This document shows positions 63,990-64,000 of a DNA stretch of 64,000 nt, piece after piece. Location: contig OZ024763.1 in the NCBI GenBank assembly GCA_964016885.1, positions 22,692,001 through 22,756,000 on the forward strand, written 5' to 3'. The DNA comes from Eledone cirrhosa. Its lineage: Eukaryota. Each line of letters begins with the position of its first letter. Within the stretch, counting starts at the first letter, position 1. A program made the position numbers and the translations under genes. The notes under the pieces were generated by a model. The model did no database searches and was not told the origin of the DNA. It worked only from the letters and a program-made list of their open reading frames with translations.

Positions 63990-64000
63990 CTCACATATAT

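Overview
AT-rich, repeat-dominated animal genomic DNA. The SINE, MITE and RTE families resemble those I recall from octopod cephalopods (inference, not searched). About a quarter of the window is (TA)n-type microsatellite, and there is one 200-N gap. A + strand multi-exon coiled-coil gene (distantly CCDC13-like) can be assembled from four phase-compatible exons at 24108-43507; its later candidate exons carry in-frame stops. Mobile content includes RTE-clade LINEs of several subfamilies with a PHD finger inside the RT, tRNA-derived SINEs, decayed CR1 LINEs, a mariner-type MITE and piggyBac-type (TTAA) MITEs whose ends have amplified into minisatellites. An intact full-length Tx1/L1-clade retrotransposon and a Helitron are both nested in one such minisatellite. 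The most notable non-ORF signal is a set of minimal type I hammerhead ribozymes, including a non-coding 469-bp tandem retrozyme-like unit (28261-29173) predicted to self-excise a monomer RNA. The 4.9-16.4 kb region is an old four-unit tandem duplication with a conserved exon-like module, followed by a B-box hairpin array. All calls were made by eye; no searches or folding were run.
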